From contig CAVUDP010000001.1 in NCBI GenBank assembly GCA_963740315.1, forward strand, positions 416,001-480,000: 64,000 bases of DNA. Reading direction: 5' to 3'. This DNA is from an uncultured cyanobacterium (GTDB lineage: Bacteria; Cyanobacteriota; Cyanobacteriia; Cyanobacteriales; Nostocaceae). Below, piece by piece: positions 40,914 through 52,326 of the stretch. A program made the translations under genes and the position numbers. Below the pieces are notes generated by a model. It ran no database searches and was not told the DNA's origin. It saw nothing but the letters and a program-made list of their open reading frames with translations. Positions within the stretch are counted from its first letter, which is position 1, and each line of letters begins with the position of its first letter.

Positions 40914-41732
40914 ATGCACCTCAACGTTTATACTCAAGGACAAGGTTTCCCCATTCTCTGCCTGCACGGACATCCCGGTTCTGGTTCGAGTCTTTCTGTA
41001 TTTACCAATCATTTATCATCATCGTTTCAAACCATCGCTCCAGATTTACGCGGATACGGTCAAAGCCGTTTTAATGAAAATTTTGCGATGACCGACCATT
41101 TAAACGACTTAGAAGCTCTTCTAGACCGCTTGCAAATTGAAAAATGTCTGGTATTAGGATGGTCGCTTGGTGGCATTTTGGCGATGGAGTTGGCGCTACG
41201 ACTTCCACAACGGATAAGCGGGTTAATTTTAGTGGCGACAGCTGCAAGACCTCGCGGCAATCATCCACCTATTTCATGGCAAGATAATCTTTACACGGGT
41301 ATTGCTGCTCTTTTAAGTGTTGTAAATCCTAATTGGCAGTGGAATATCGATACATTTGGAAAGCATTCTCTTTTTCGCTACTTAATTCAGCAACATACTC
41401 CCACTGCTTACGGTTATATTTCCAAGGAAGCGATACCAGCTTATTTACAAACTTCCGATAAAGCAACTCGCGCCCTTTATTCGGCGATCGGGGCTGGATA
41501 TAACAAAGTTGGCGACTTAAACCAAATTCAATGTCCTTCTTTAGTACTTGCGGGTACCGAAGATAGACATATCACGGTTGAATGCAGCTTAGAAACTTCC
41601 CAACATTTGCAAAACTGTAAATCCCATTGTTACCCAAATACCGCTCATCTCTTCCCGTGGGAAATTCCCCATCAAGTATTAAGCGATATTGACTGCTGGT
41701 TAAAGGATAATCCCCAAACTATACAATTTTAG
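40914..41732 (+). CDS. Alpha/beta fold hydrolase
   Basis: LHGHPG, PDLRGYG, GWSLGG, D and H of the catalytic triad. Confidence 0.92.
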   Translation: MHLNVYTQGQGFPILCLHGHPGSGSSLSVFTNHLSSSFQTIAPDLRGYGQSRFNENFAMTDHLNDLEALLDRLQIEKCLVLGWSLGGILAMELALRLPQRISGLILVATAARPRGNHPPISWQDNLYTGIAALLSVVNPNWQWNIDTFGKHSLFRYLIQQHTPTAYGYISKEAIPAYLQTSDKATRALYSAIGAGYNKVGDLNQIQCPSLVLAGTEDRHITVECSLETSQHLQNCKSHCYPNTAHLFPWEIPHQVLSDIDCWLKDNPQTIQF

Positions 41733-41949
41733 ATTTTGGATTTTGGATTTTGGACTAACGAGGGCGACTACAAAATTCTTCTCCGATTCCAATATCTAAC
41801 CATTTGTTTTTTTGTTCCCAACCGAAGTGAAAACAAAATAAAGCATAAAGTATGAAAAAAGTCAATTATAAACTTCCTTTTTCATACCTTATACTTCATT
41901 TTCAGCACAAAGAGCCTGATAGAGAAAGCTTTTATCTGAAAGCTTTTGA

Positions 41950-42252
41950 TTACATTTGACCGCTAAAGACAGGCTTTACTTTGCGGTCAAACCATTCCCC
42001 CAAGTCTTCAGAAATAGTTAAAACTTTTGGTTTACAACGCTTAACATTAACATTAATACCTTGCGCTCCTTCGAGTTCAAGGTCTTCTACATAGCCTTTT
42101 ACAGACGCTTTCGCTTCTGTACCGTTGAGAAAAGGTCCGAAATAATAAGTACACTTGGGATTTTGAGTGGCAATCTCTACCCACCAAGCTAAGCCAAAGT
42201 TATCAAAGATGTTGGTAAAGAATTCTTTGAAGGTATTTCCAATTGTGTTCAT
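41950..42252 (-). CDS. DUF1816 family protein
   Basis: AWWVEI.T..P.CTYYFGPF...GY.EDL..EGA...KRCKP..LT. Confidence 0.9.
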   Translation of the reverse strand: MNTIGNTFKEFFTNIFDNFGLAWWVEIATQNPKCTYYFGPFLNGTEAKASVKGYVEDLELEGAQGINVNVKRCKPKVLTISEDLGEWFDRKVKPVFSGQM

Positions 42253-42348
42253 GGTTTTTGCTAATTACTAAAGTTGATGGTAGTTGTTAAATAACTATAT
42301 TCTCGGTTTTTTACCTTTACACTTCTTTATACTCTTTTACATACGGTT

Positions 42349-43314
42349 TTAGGAAGTGGTTTTTTGCAAATTTTCTAAATAAAGCGTGTTCTTCCAGCGC
42401 TGACGATAAATTTCATACAGTGCCATGCCCGTTGCTACTGAAGCATTGAGGCTGGGAGTCTTTCCTTGCAAGGGAATTGACACTAGAACATCGCAACATT
42501 TTTGTGTCAGCATACTTAGACCTTCGCCTTCAGATCCAACTACTAAAACAATTGGTGGACCGTTAAAATTTACCGTATGTATCGGTTCGCCAACAGAACT
42601 AGCAGTTCCGTAAATCCAGAAACCGGCGGTTTTCAATTCTTCTAAAGCACGGCTGAGATTAACGACTCTAGCCACAGAAAAATTATCTAAAGCCCCAGTC
42701 GCTACTTTCATGACTGTAGAAGTAATCCCAACTGCCCTGCGCTGAGGGATCACCAAACCTTGGGCACCGATTGACTCAGCTGTGCGAATAATTGCTCCTA
42801 AATTATGGGGATCGGTAATACTATCAGCAACAACTATTACTGGCGTATCAGTAACAGATTTTGCCTTTTCTATGAGATCCTTTAAATCAAAATAATCGTA
42901 AGGAGCAATTTGTGCGGCTACTCCTTGATGATTAGCATTTTTAGTAATTTGATCTAAACGACTCGGTTCCACTTCGTCTATAACTGTGCCATTTCCTTTA
43001 GCTTGCACAAGCAAATCATGAAAACGGTGATCGTAGCGTAAACGAGAAGTAATCCAAACGCGGTTGAGGCGACCTTGATTTTCCAAAGTACTCAAAACTG
43101 GATGACGACCGTAAATTAAGTCGCTATTTTCTGAATCTTCTGTAGATGATGGATTTTCAAAATTATCACGATTTTGACGGGGTTTATCAATTATAGAGTT
43201 ATGATTTCTATCCCTATATTTGCCATTAGATGGAGATGAAAAGCGTTTACCTTTGATTTTTACAGGTTTTCGGCTTTCGTCGTTACTAATAATCTTTTTT
43301 GGTTTGTTTGTCAT
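42349..43314 (-). CDS. rlmB: 23S rRNA (Gm2251) methyltransferase RlmB
   Basis: [37 protein letters not shown] (SpoU family). Confidence 0.95.
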   Translation of the reverse strand: MTNKPKKIISNDESRKPVKIKGKRFSSPSNGKYRDRNHNSIIDKPRQNRDNFENPSSTEDSENSDLIYGRHPVLSTLENQGRLNRVWITSRLRYDHRFHDLLVQAKGNGTVIDEVEPSRLDQITKNANHQGVAAQIAPYDYFDLKDLIEKAKSVTDTPVIVVADSITDPHNLGAIIRTAESIGAQGLVIPQRRAVGITSTVMKVATGALDNFSVARVVNLSRALEELKTAGFWIYGTASSVGEPIHTVNFNGPPIVLVVGSEGEGLSMLTQKCCDVLVSIPLQGKTPSLNASVATGMALYEIYRQRWKNTLYLENLQKTTS

Positions 43315-43392
43315 ATGGTTATTTGGTAGAGCTAAGATGTAGAGCATTTTTCTCTCACCTTGTTTTAACGGAAGATTTCAGATATTCTGCTA

Positions 43393-43866
43393 CTACTCCA
43401 TTGTGAGTTTTTGCAGAAGTTCGGCTAATCGTTCGATATTGGTGAGATATAAATAGCCAATCAAAGTTTCGAGGCTTGTAGCCTGTCGGTATGTTTGGGG
43501 ATCTACACGTTTGGGACGACCTGTGGCGGCGTTACGACCCCTACGGACAATTTCTAGTTCATTGCTATTCAGATCCGGGCTGAGCAAGTTTAACATTTTC
43601 GCCTGCTTTTCGGCTCTTACTTGTGCCACTACCAAACGATGATAATTTTTTACTCGTTGGGGTGGTAACAAATAATATCTCCTGATATACAGTTCGTAAA
43701 CTGCGTCGCCTAAATAAGCAAGAGCGGTAGGAGAAAGTTGCTGGAGTTGCGACACGGAAAGTTTTGGGAACAATTGTTCTACATTTAGTCTTAATTCATG
43801 AAAATCATTCTGTACCTTGGGCACATCAGAACTTGCATTTAAAAGATCCTCCTCCTTTGATTTCAC
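43393..43866 (-). CDS. mrnC: Mini-ribonuclease III
   Basis: LAYLGDAVYEL, VRAEKQA, RRGRNA, YRQATSLETLIGYLYL. Confidence 0.93.
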   Translation of the reverse strand: MKSKEEDLLNASSDVPKVQNDFHELRLNVEQLFPKLSVSQLQQLSPTALAYLGDAVYELYIRRYYLLPPQRVKNYHRLVVAQVRAEKQAKMLNLLSPDLNSNELEIVRRGRNAATGRPKRVDPQTYRQATSLETLIGYLYLTNIERLAELLQKLTME

Positions 43867-44224
43867 AACTTAATCCCAAATATAATGGTTAATAATTATC
43901 GGGAGGTAATGATTTTGAGGAGTTGGGCTAGTACCTGCTCGTTTTTATGTTGATTCACGCTTATTGCCGTTATTTACTACAAAAGTTGCTTGATAATTTT
44001 AGCTTGTTATTTCAAGTTAATTGCATTGATTTTAACTTTTATTTACGCTAATAAAAGCGAACCAAAAAAGACATTATCTATAATAAATTAATTTTGCTAA
44101 ACGAAAAAATATGGAGAAAAAAATTTTTGTGGAACAGTTATTACTCAAAAATCAAATACTCACTTTAATATTACCAGAATTAAGAAAGAAAAAAATCTAC
44201 CGGCATTCCCTACTATATAAAAAT

Positions 44225-44257
44225 TAAGCTATCCAGATTTGAATATTGGATAGCTTA
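44225..44257 (-). terminator. Hairpin terminator downstream of the STAS gene (possibly bidirectional)
   Basis: TAAGCTATCCA...TGGATAGCTTA flanked by A and T tracts. Confidence 0.7.
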
Positions 44258-44268
44258 TTTTTTGTCCG

Positions 44269-44670
44269 TCAAGACGACTTGATGTTTTCTAAAGCCTTAT
44301 CAACTGAAGTTTGCAAGGCAAGAAACTTTTCCAAGCGCACGAGCTTGACTGTCTGAGTAACGCGGGCATTAGTAACGATTTGAAAGGTACCTTTAGCGGT
44401 TTGAGACTGTTTGGCTAATTGTACTAAAGCTCCTAAACCGGAACTATCTACAAAGTCAATTTGCGAAAGATCCAGAATCACGTGTTTTGGACCTTCATCG
44501 ATTTTACTACTAAGTACCTTACGAAATGTCGGCTCGGAAAATGCGTCTAACAAACCTGTGAGGCGGAATAGCTGATAGTTATCCCGGACTTCACGAGTAC
44601 CTCGCAGGCTAACGGTTAGATTTAATGGCTCAGCAATAATTCCCTCCTCATGGTGAAAGCAAACGCTCAA
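44269..44670 (-). CDS. STAS anti-sigma-factor antagonist (true start possibly ATT at 44637)
   Basis: LDLSQIDFVDSSGLGALV. Confidence 0.92.
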   Translation of the reverse strand: MSVCFHHEEGIIAEPLNLTVSLRGTREVRDNYQLFRLTGLLDAFSEPTFRKVLSSKIDEGPKHVILDLSQIDFVDSSGLGALVQLAKQSQTAKGTFQIVTNARVTQTVKLVRLEKFLALQTSVDKALENIKSS

Positions 44671-44797
44671 GTATAGATGTTTTTTGTGTCTGTTGTCTAC
44701 TTTAACCGCTACTCAATAAAAAGAGAACGGATTTTGATAGTGGAACTTTAATTTTTAATAAAATAATTAATGCTCCAATTTCAAAATTTTCCTATTT

Positions 44798-45967
44798 TTA
44801 CCTTAGTTGAGCAGTAATTGCTTGACGAGCTGTTCGCATTGCTTGCACAAAATGCTCAAATAGGTAATCCGCATCGTGAGGACCTGGAGAAGCTTCTGGA
44901 TGATATTGTACCGAGAAAACTGGTAGGGATTTATGTTTCACTCCAGCAACGGTGCTGTCATTTAAGTTGAAGTGGCTAATATCTACGTCGTTATGAGGTA
45001 AAGAATCCGGATCGATCGCAAAGCTATGGTTTTGAGAAGTGATTTCGATTCGTTCCTTCAAGCCTGCTGGCTGATTTAAACCGCGATGACCAAATTTAAG
45101 TTTATAGGTTTGCGCTCCCAAGGCTTGACCCAAAATTTGGTGTCCCATGCAAATACCAAATATGGGCTTATCAGATTTGAGTAATGCTTTGGCTGTTTCA
45201 ACTCCTTCGGTAACGGCGCTGGGATCTCCAGGTCCGTTAGAAAGAAAAATTCCGTCTGGGTTATGTTTAAGTATCTCTGGGGTTGGAGTATCTGCTGGAA
45301 CGACAATTACCCGACAACCATGACTGGCTAAACGCCGTAATATATTGCGTTTAACGCCAAAATCTAAAGCTACAACGGTAAATTTTTCTTCTGAATCGGT
45401 TAAATTAGAGTCCGTATTAAATTCCCATACTTTAATAGTCGGTTCGGACCATTCGTAGGTTTGTGAAGTTGTTACCTCATTCACTAGGTTTAATCCGCTC
45501 ATCGATGGAGCTGCATTTACCTGTTCTAACAATTCATTTGGGTCTAATATTTCAGTAGAAACACCGGCGTTCATGGCTCCCAGGTTACGGATTCTACGAG
45601 TTAAAGCGCGAGTATCAATACCATAAATTCCCGGTATCTGATGCTCTTTTAAATAGTCGGGTAAAGATTGAGTTGCTCGCCAGTTGCTCGGACGATAACA
45701 AATATTGCGGGCTATACAAGCTCTTAAATGGGGTTTATCTGACTCGGCATCCTCTGGGTTGACACCAGTATTTCCTAGTTCCGGATAGGTAAACACGATG
45801 ATTTGACCGCAATAACTGGGGTCGGTCATCACTTCTTGATATCCTGTCATGCCGGTATTAAAAACTACTTCTCCTATAGCGGTGCCGGTAGCACCGAAAG
45901 ACCAGCCGTGATAGCTGGTTCCATCTGCTAGGACAAGTAGAGCTGGTGTTTCGTCAAACAGATGCAT
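44798..45967 (-). CDS. carA: Carbamoyl-phosphate synthase small subunit
   Basis: [41 protein letters not shown]. Confidence 0.98.
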   Translation of the reverse strand: MHLFDETPALLVLADGTSYHGWSFGATGTAIGEVVFNTGMTGYQEVMTDPSYCGQIIVFTYPELGNTGVNPEDAESDKPHLRACIARNICYRPSNWRATQSLPDYLKEHQIPGIYGIDTRALTRRIRNLGAMNAGVSTEILDPNELLEQVNAAPSMSGLNLVNEVTTSQTYEWSEPTIKVWEFNTDSNLTDSEEKFTVVALDFGVKRNILRRLASHGCRVIVVPADTPTPEILKHNPDGIFLSNGPGDPSAVTEGVETAKALLKSDKPIFGICMGHQILGQALGAQTYKLKFGHRGLNQPAGLKERIEITSQNHSFAIDPDSLPHNDVDISHFNLNDSTVAGVKHKSLPVFSVQYHPEASPGPHDADYLFEHFVQAMRTARQAITAQLR

Positions 45968-46357
45968 AAGCAATAAAACGATAAAGCAACGATAAAATAA
46001 TTAAATTAGCTATTAGGCGCGAGAAACAATTATCCCACGAGTTAATTCAAAACGGATTTTTTATTTTTTATACTTATGATTAATAAAGGAGAAACCCGAA
46101 CGAAGGTTATTTATACTCAACAAATAAATTAAATTGACCCTTTTGGAGTTGCCCAGCCTCAGCTGCTTACTCTGGTGCGGATTAAAATAGTTATATATAG
46201 AGTGCATCTAGTACCAGCGATGAGAAATCAAACTTTTAACTTTAAAGATACTTCCCGCGACTGGTAAAATCGGGCAGATAGTAGTGCTTGTTGAATGTTA
46301 AATAAATAAAACTTAAAAGTAGATTTTTGCCCCCAAGGGCTTGGTAAAATCAAAATT

Positions 46358-47527
46358 ATGATGCTTGAGCCTTTGTTTTCCCGTGCAGCGTTGATTCTAC
46401 TATGGAGCGCACTAGCTGTAGTTGGTGTTTCCTGTAGCAAAGAACAAAAAACTGCTAAAATTTCCCAGAACCCCACGCAGCAATCATCGCTGATTGCTTC
46501 TCCCGTAGTCGATCCATCATCTGCATTAACATCCACAAAAAAACCGCTTTCCATTGAAAACGATAAAAAAGCTGTGGAACCAACTTCCTTTGAAATGGGA
46601 TTGGACAAAGCAGCAGGTGGTTTTAGTATAAGTCAATCTGCTCGATCGCCAGAGGATTGGGAATTAGTGGCTGATTATTATCAAGATGCGATTAACTTGA
46701 TGAAATCCGTTCAGCCCCAAAGCCGCTATTACCCGATCGCCAAAGTAAAAGTCAAGGAATATCAGCGCCATTTTGATTATGCTTCAGAAAAATCTGTTGC
46801 TCTTGGACAACCCCAACCCGAACCGGAACCGCAAAGAGTAGTGGTAACGGTACCTCCGCTCAAAGAATCGATCGCACGCAGTCAAAAAATCCAGGTTCCT
46901 GACTCAGTACAAAAAATATTACAGCAAAATTTACAATCTCAACAAGCTGCCGTACCGCAGGAATTACCGCCGCCGCAACCACCACAACCAACTCCAGCGC
47001 CACGTCAAGCCATACCGATACCCATTCAGCCAAAACCCATTGAGCCAAAAGAAGTATACGCTGCCGTACCCATAAGGGATAGTCGTCAAGCTATGGTATT
47101 TAGCGTCCCTATCAAACGACGGATTGGGGGTACACCAATTATCAATGTTACTTTTAATGACAAACGGCAATTTGAGATGATTGTCGATACAGGCGCTAGC
47201 GGTACCGTAATTACCCAGCAAATGGCTAGCCTACTTAATGTTTCTACCGTCGGCAAAGCAAAAGCAAATACTGCTTCCGCTCAATCCGTAGAATTTCCCA
47301 TCGGTTATGTTGATTCCATTGAAGCCGGTGGTGTCAAAGTCAAGAAAGTCCCCGTCGCGATCGCTGGTTCGGAATTAGAAAATGGACTGTTAGGACACGA
47401 CTTTTTCGGCAACTACGACATTACTATTAAAAGCAACGTTGTAGAATTTCGTCCCCGCTCTAATACCGAATCTCAACAAAAAAGCAAGAGTATTCCGATT
47501 TATCCTACGAAGCTTTTTGAGGAATAG
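46358..47527 (+). CDS. Lipoprotein with C-terminal retropepsin-like aspartyl protease
   Basis: Lipobox-like VGVSC; Pro/Gln linker; IVDTGAS and GLLGHDF. Confidence 0.88.
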   Translation: MMLEPLFSRAALILLWSALAVVGVSCSKEQKTAKISQNPTQQSSLIASPVVDPSSALTSTKKPLSIENDKKAVEPTSFEMGLDKAAGGFSISQSARSPEDWELVADYYQDAINLMKSVQPQSRYYPIAKVKVKEYQRHFDYASEKSVALGQPQPEPEPQRVVVTVPPLKESIARSQKIQVPDSVQKILQQNLQSQQAAVPQELPPPQPPQPTPAPRQAIPIPIQPKPIEPKEVYAAVPIRDSRQAMVFSVPIKRRIGGTPIINVTFNDKRQFEMIVDTGASGTVITQQMASLLNVSTVGKAKANTASAQSVEFPIGYVDSIEAGGVKVKKVPVAIAGSELENGLLGHDFFGNYDITIKSNVVEFRPRSNTESQQKSKSIPIYPTKLFEE

Positions 47528-47806
47528 TAGGGAGTAGGGAGATGGGGGAGATGGGGGGATGGGGAGACAAGGGGACAAGGGGACAAGGGGAAGGAGTTAT
47601 TACACCTTTGACATGCAGACCTTTTTAACCTTTAACCTTTAACCTTTTTACCATGCCCCCAATGCCTAACTCCGGCGATCCATTTTTACCATCTGCAAGA
47701 TTAAAAGTCTTTCTAGAAAGAAAATAAGGGGTGAAGACCCCGATCTAAATCAGATCGTTAAAGTGTAAGATTTGAAAACATGAAGCTTAAGTTGGTGAAC
47801 TAACCA

Positions 47807-47887
47807 ATGGCAGATGCCTTTCTTAAGCATATTTTTATATTGCGCGATATACGGCTACAGCAAAAGGAAATTCTCTTTGCTGCGTAA
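47807..47887 (+). CDS. Candidate 26-aa small protein MADAFLKHIFILRDIRLQQKEILFAA
   Basis: GGTGA 8 nt upstream of ATG; TAAGAT about 40 nt upstream; hairpin at 47991-48027. Confidence 0.35.
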   Translation: MADAFLKHIFILRDIRLQQKEILFAA

Positions 47888-47990
47888 TTTTCCTGTTGTC
47901 TTAAACTAAATTTAACCTCTTCTTAGCTGAAAGTTAAGCTATAGGGTGTTAACTTAAATAATAATTCACTTTTTGCTGCAACATTTGAAC

Positions 47991-48027
47991 TTCCCCCGAA
48001 CTTTGGAGTATATAGGGTTCGGGGGAT
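47991..48027 (+). terminator. Stable hairpin, probable terminator
   Basis: TCCCCCGAAC...GTTCGGGGGA. Confidence 0.55.
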
Positions 48028-48170
48028 TCTCTATTTCAGTAACCAGTAAGCAGTAAGCAGTAACCAGTTAATAATTATCTTCCCCCGAACCCTATCTCCC
48101 CTTCTCTTCGGACGGTGTAAAATTTAGGTTAATATAGTTAAACTACGGCGCTATACATTCTTTTACAAAA

Positions 48171-50018
48171 GTGTCTTTACAGAATATTCCTGATTTTTTA
48201 AATACGGCTAAATCTTATTTGGTAGAAATTGCATCAAAGGCTAACGAGATAGATGAATCGCCGGATGCTTTGTTTGAGGCTTTGTTAGGTTTGGGAAATT
48301 TGAATTTGCTGGCGTTGAAGGTTCCCGTCAGGTTGGGTGGTAAGGATGTTAGCGAAGTTGATTATGGTAATTTTCAAGAATTAGTAGCTAGATATTCCGG
48401 TGCTTTAGCTTTTTTACAAACACAACATCAAAGTGCTGCGGGGATGTTGGTTGCTGGGAATAATACGCTTCAACAAGAATATCTACCGCGTATGGGTAGT
48501 GGGGAAGTTTTATTAGGTATTGGTTTTTCTCATTTACGCCGTGGAGGTGAGCCGATAATTACGGCTGAATCGGTAGCTGGAGGCTATCAGTTTAATGGTG
48601 TTGTACCTTGGGTAACGGGATTTGGATTTTTTCAAGAGTTTGTTGTTGCGGCGACTTTACCTGATGGGAGTGCTGTTTTTGGAATTGCGCCTTTTCAAAA
48701 TACGCAATCTTCAAGTGGAGGTGAAATAACTTTTACTCCCCCCGCAAAATTGGCGGCGATGAATTCAACAAATACTGTTTCTGCGACTTTAAACCGCTGG
48801 TTTCTACCTGAAGAATTTGTAGTTTTTATTAAACCACCGGGCTGGATACATGAAAACGATCGCAAGAATCTTCTCAAGGCAACTTTTCTGGTTTTTGGAT
48901 GCGCTGAGGCAGGTTTAGATGTTATTCAAGCAGCATTTAAGAAAAAGTCACTATCTTTTATTGACGATGCTTTCAAATCTCTCCAAGCAGAATTAAATAG
49001 CTGTCGTAGTGCGATCGCTCAGACAAGGCAGCAACAGGTAGAATTTACGCAAAAGCTGCAATTGAGAGCTTGGGCAATTGATTTAACAACAAGAATAGCT
49101 CATGCGGCGGTGACTGTTTCTAGTGGGGCTGCTAATTACAGTCATCATGCAGCACAACGGGTTTATCGTGAAGCTTTGGTGTTTACTGTTAGCGGGCAAA
49201 GTAGTGCAATTATGGAAGCTACTTTAGAAAGGTTAACGCGGATTACCTCTACAGAAGAGTTAACCTGGATGCCTAGCCTACAAGAAAAAAATTTAAAATA
49301 TAAACCAAAATATAAACAACATCGAATTTCTTATTCTCGCGTTGTTCATTTAAGTCATGTTATCGATCCAAATATTCCTCAGTGGCAAGGCGATCCAAAT
49401 ATAAAATTTGAAACGGTGGCTGAGTTACAAAAAGATGGTTATTATTTACGTCAGTTGTCAATGGGCGAACATAGTGCTACCCATATTAACGCGCCGATAA
49501 GTTTTCATAAAGATGGTGCGGCAATAGAGGAATATCCCGCCGATTCTTTGGTTGTACCTGCGGTGGTAATAGACATTCAACCGAATGTAACGGTAAATCC
49601 AGATTATGTTCTGAGTATTGCTGATATCGAAGCTTGGGAAAATCAATACGGAGAAATCAAAAGTGGGTGTGTGGTGTTGTTAAGAACTGGTTGGCAAGAA
49701 AAGTGGAGCGATCGCAAAGCATTTTTTAATCAAGATATTCGAGAAACAATGCATTTCCCAGGTTTCGGTGTTGACGCAACTGAGTTATTAATTCAAAAAA
49801 GAAATATTGCGGGAATTGGAATCGATACGGGAGGTGTAGATGCAGGTAAAGATACAAATTTTACTATAAATCGCTTAGTGTTGGAAAAACCACGCATCGT
49901 ATTGGAGAATTTAACTAATTTGGAACAGTTACCTCCGATTGGAATCACTCTTGTTATCGGAGTTTTGAGATTGCGCTTCGGTTCGGGTTCTCCTGTAGGT
50001 GTGGTAGCTTTAATATAG
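48171..50018 (+). CDS. Acyl-CoA dehydrogenase-like domain fused to a cyclase (kynurenine formamidase-like) domain
   Basis: FLQTQHQSA, VPWVTG, AQRVYREALVF; then MGEHSATHINAP, LRTGW, HFPG, GIGIDT, LENL, GSGSP. Confidence 0.85.
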   Translation: MSLQNIPDFLNTAKSYLVEIASKANEIDESPDALFEALLGLGNLNLLALKVPVRLGGKDVSEVDYGNFQELVARYSGALAFLQTQHQSAAGMLVAGNNTLQQEYLPRMGSGEVLLGIGFSHLRRGGEPIITAESVAGGYQFNGVVPWVTGFGFFQEFVVAATLPDGSAVFGIAPFQNTQSSSGGEITFTPPAKLAAMNSTNTVSATLNRWFLPEEFVVFIKPPGWIHENDRKNLLKATFLVFGCAEAGLDVIQAAFKKKSLSFIDDAFKSLQAELNSCRSAIAQTRQQQVEFTQKLQLRAWAIDLTTRIAHAAVTVSSGAANYSHHAAQRVYREALVFTVSGQSSAIMEATLERLTRITSTEELTWMPSLQEKNLKYKPKYKQHRISYSRVVHLSHVIDPNIPQWQGDPNIKFETVAELQKDGYYLRQLSMGEHSATHINAPISFHKDGAAIEEYPADSLVVPAVVIDIQPNVTVNPDYVLSIADIEAWENQYGEIKSGCVVLLRTGWQEKWSDRKAFFNQDIRETMHFPGFGVDATELLIQKRNIAGIGIDTGGVDAGKDTNFTINRLVLEKPRIVLENLTNLEQLPPIGITLVIGVLRLRFGSGSPVGVVALI

Positions 50019-51055
50019 GCTTTATTGCTTTTTATCAATGAATTACGGCAATTTTGAAGAATATTTTTAAATAAGTAATTCTATCTAAATATAGTTAAAT
50101 GCTATCGCACAGATAGTTAGATCGCAAACATTCAGATTTTTTCTCCTAAGCAAAATAAGTTTAAATACCCTAAAAGTAATATCGCAGCCGATAAATAACT
50201 CGATATACCACTTTAGGAGTATATATTTAAAGCTTATTTTCGGTACTATTAGTCTTATTAGATTTGTAGCTAAATAAAGATGATAAGTCTCTTTGAAAGT
50301 ACACTATTTACATATTGAAGTTATCCAGATCGATTGGATCGGGTTTTATTAATTGACTAATGCTCGTATAACGTTTTATAGGTGAAGGCATTGAAAGTTG
50401 TCTTTACAATTTTGGTTTATTATTCCAAACAAAAGTCTGTATCTAGATAGCGTAAAAGCTTGTAACTTTACCGCCATTGCGACGGCATATGCGATTTTTA
50501 AGCTTTCAGCGCCAGTTGATGATTTTCTCGGTTAATTCTTAGTCTATGATGCGGACGATTACATTCAATTCACGTAACTGTCTATTACGGCTTTCACTAT
50601 ATTATCTCTACAGACCTTCATTGGTTGAATCAAGTTTGATTAGATATATCTATTTTACTAAGGGGACAATGCTTTCTCCAGAGAATAATTACAAACATTG
50701 TTTTGCGATCGCAGCCTTTAATTGATGACTAAAGTTTATCCGATACCTAAAAACCACTAATTAAGCAGATAACCCAAAGCTTTCATTCCCGTTACCTGCT
50801 TATCGATCCCTGCCAATATAAAGTCCAAAACCATTGGAATGACTTATATCGAGTTGACGTTATACATGACATCAGATTAAAACAGGAATAATTTGAATAA
50901 ATGTTAAGTAAGGTATTGAAAGAAGTTTTTTGTATTTATTAAATATTTTAGAGATTGATATTTAGAATTGTAAAACAATTGTCATATAACCCTAAAAGAA
51001 TTGTTATTCTAGTAGAGCGATAGATGATTATAAATTTTAAATTTAGGAGATAAAA

Positions 51056-51337
51056 ATGCTTGCAATTTACCTGGTGCTATTTATTCTTGCGTTAGCTACT
51101 ATCTGGCTGGGGTTAAAAATAGCCGAGGAAGTCTATCGTATTGCAGTACTTTTTACCGGAGCAATACTTTTAATAATGGGGTTTGTATTGGCTCCATCAG
51201 TGATACAAATAGTTAGTGTATTGCTGATATTGTCCGTTTACCAACTTTATGTTTCTCAACCTAAATTTAATCTGTTTGTCAGAAATGAGGTTGAAGCTGT
51301 GAAGTCAGTTAAATGTGTAGGACCTGGTTGTGAATAA
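51056..51337 (+). CDS. Small membrane protein, function unknown
   Basis: AGGAG ribosome-binding site; two to three hydrophobic segments. Confidence 0.7.
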   Translation: MLAIYLVLFILALATIWLGLKIAEEVYRIAVLFTGAILLIMGFVLAPSVIQIVSVLLILSVYQLYVSQPKFNLFVRNEVEAVKSVKCVGPGCE

Positions 51338-51602
51338 AGTTAATATAGATTTGAAGTAATTAGCCTTTGTCGGATTTTTGATTAAAATTACATAGACTAC
51401 GTAAGTCAGAATTTAGAGATTCATTTTTCTAGCTTCTGACTTTAGTTTTTTTTATTTGAAAATTGAGAAAATTATTTTATTAAATTTGCCACCCGAATAC
51501 TACATTCGACTTAACTAGTACCACACGGCTTAAATAGCGCACCCCTAATTTTTAGGCTCAGAAGTCGGGTTTTTAGAATACGTATCTATAGATAGCGTCA
51601 TC

Positions 51603-51893
51603 GATAAATTAGATGCTTCGGGACAAGCGCAGGTTAAAAGTATTGTAAGTGAGTTATGCGGTAATAAAACTCAGATAATTGTCGAGCAAGATATTGATAT
51701 CCTGGTGAAATGTGCCGATCGCATATTGGTTTTGATTGACGGTGAAATTGTTGCAGACGGTAAACCTCAAGAAATTTTACATGATGAAGAGGTTCTATCC
51801 CTTGCCGATATCGATATTCCCGTAAGCTTGCGCGTTGCTAAGGCTCTGGGTTTATCGGAAATGACCAGCGAGCAAGATGCTCGCACTACTTAA
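51603..51893 (+). pseudogene. C-terminal fragment of an ECF/ABC ATPase
   Basis: In-frame LDASGQAQV...IIVEQDID..CADRILVLIDGEIVADGKPQEIL; Walker A and signature regions are missing. Confidence 0.7.
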
Positions 51894-52326
51894 TCTTGTT
51901 TCCCGATGACTAATGCCCCATGCCCCATGCCCAATTCCTAACTCCTTTAATCCAAAATCTAAAACAAACGCATCCGTTGTTAAAATCTAAAATCCAAAAT
52001 CAGAAATAAAAGAATGCGTGGTATTGCTAGGGATGTATGGATTATTTGTAGTATGGATGGTGTTAGAAACTATGGAGATTACGAATGTGATTTGAGTTTA
52101 AAAAAAGTTATGTTGTAATTGCAAAAGTTAATATGGATTGAAGCGATCGTATTGTATTAGATAGTAGTCACCGTTGCGCGATACTATATAACGCCGGTTT
52201 CAGCATCACCTACTTTGGTTGAATATCAGCTGGTAAATTGTTTGAAATTGTTAATTTATATTTGTAGATTTTACGGAATAAACTTTTTTACCCATGTATT
52301 AAAAGGGTGATGCTTTTTCGTATTTC

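Noticed and set aside
47807..47887. ORF ending in FAA* as a possible tmRNA tag
   Set aside because: No tRNA-like acceptor or T-arm ends, and no resemblance to the cyanobacterial tag peptide.
50019..51055. 1-kb intergenic region as a possible hidden gene, riboswitch or transposase relic
   Set aside because: No ORF of 60 aa or more, no recognisable protein motif in the frames I read, and only isolated weak hairpins.
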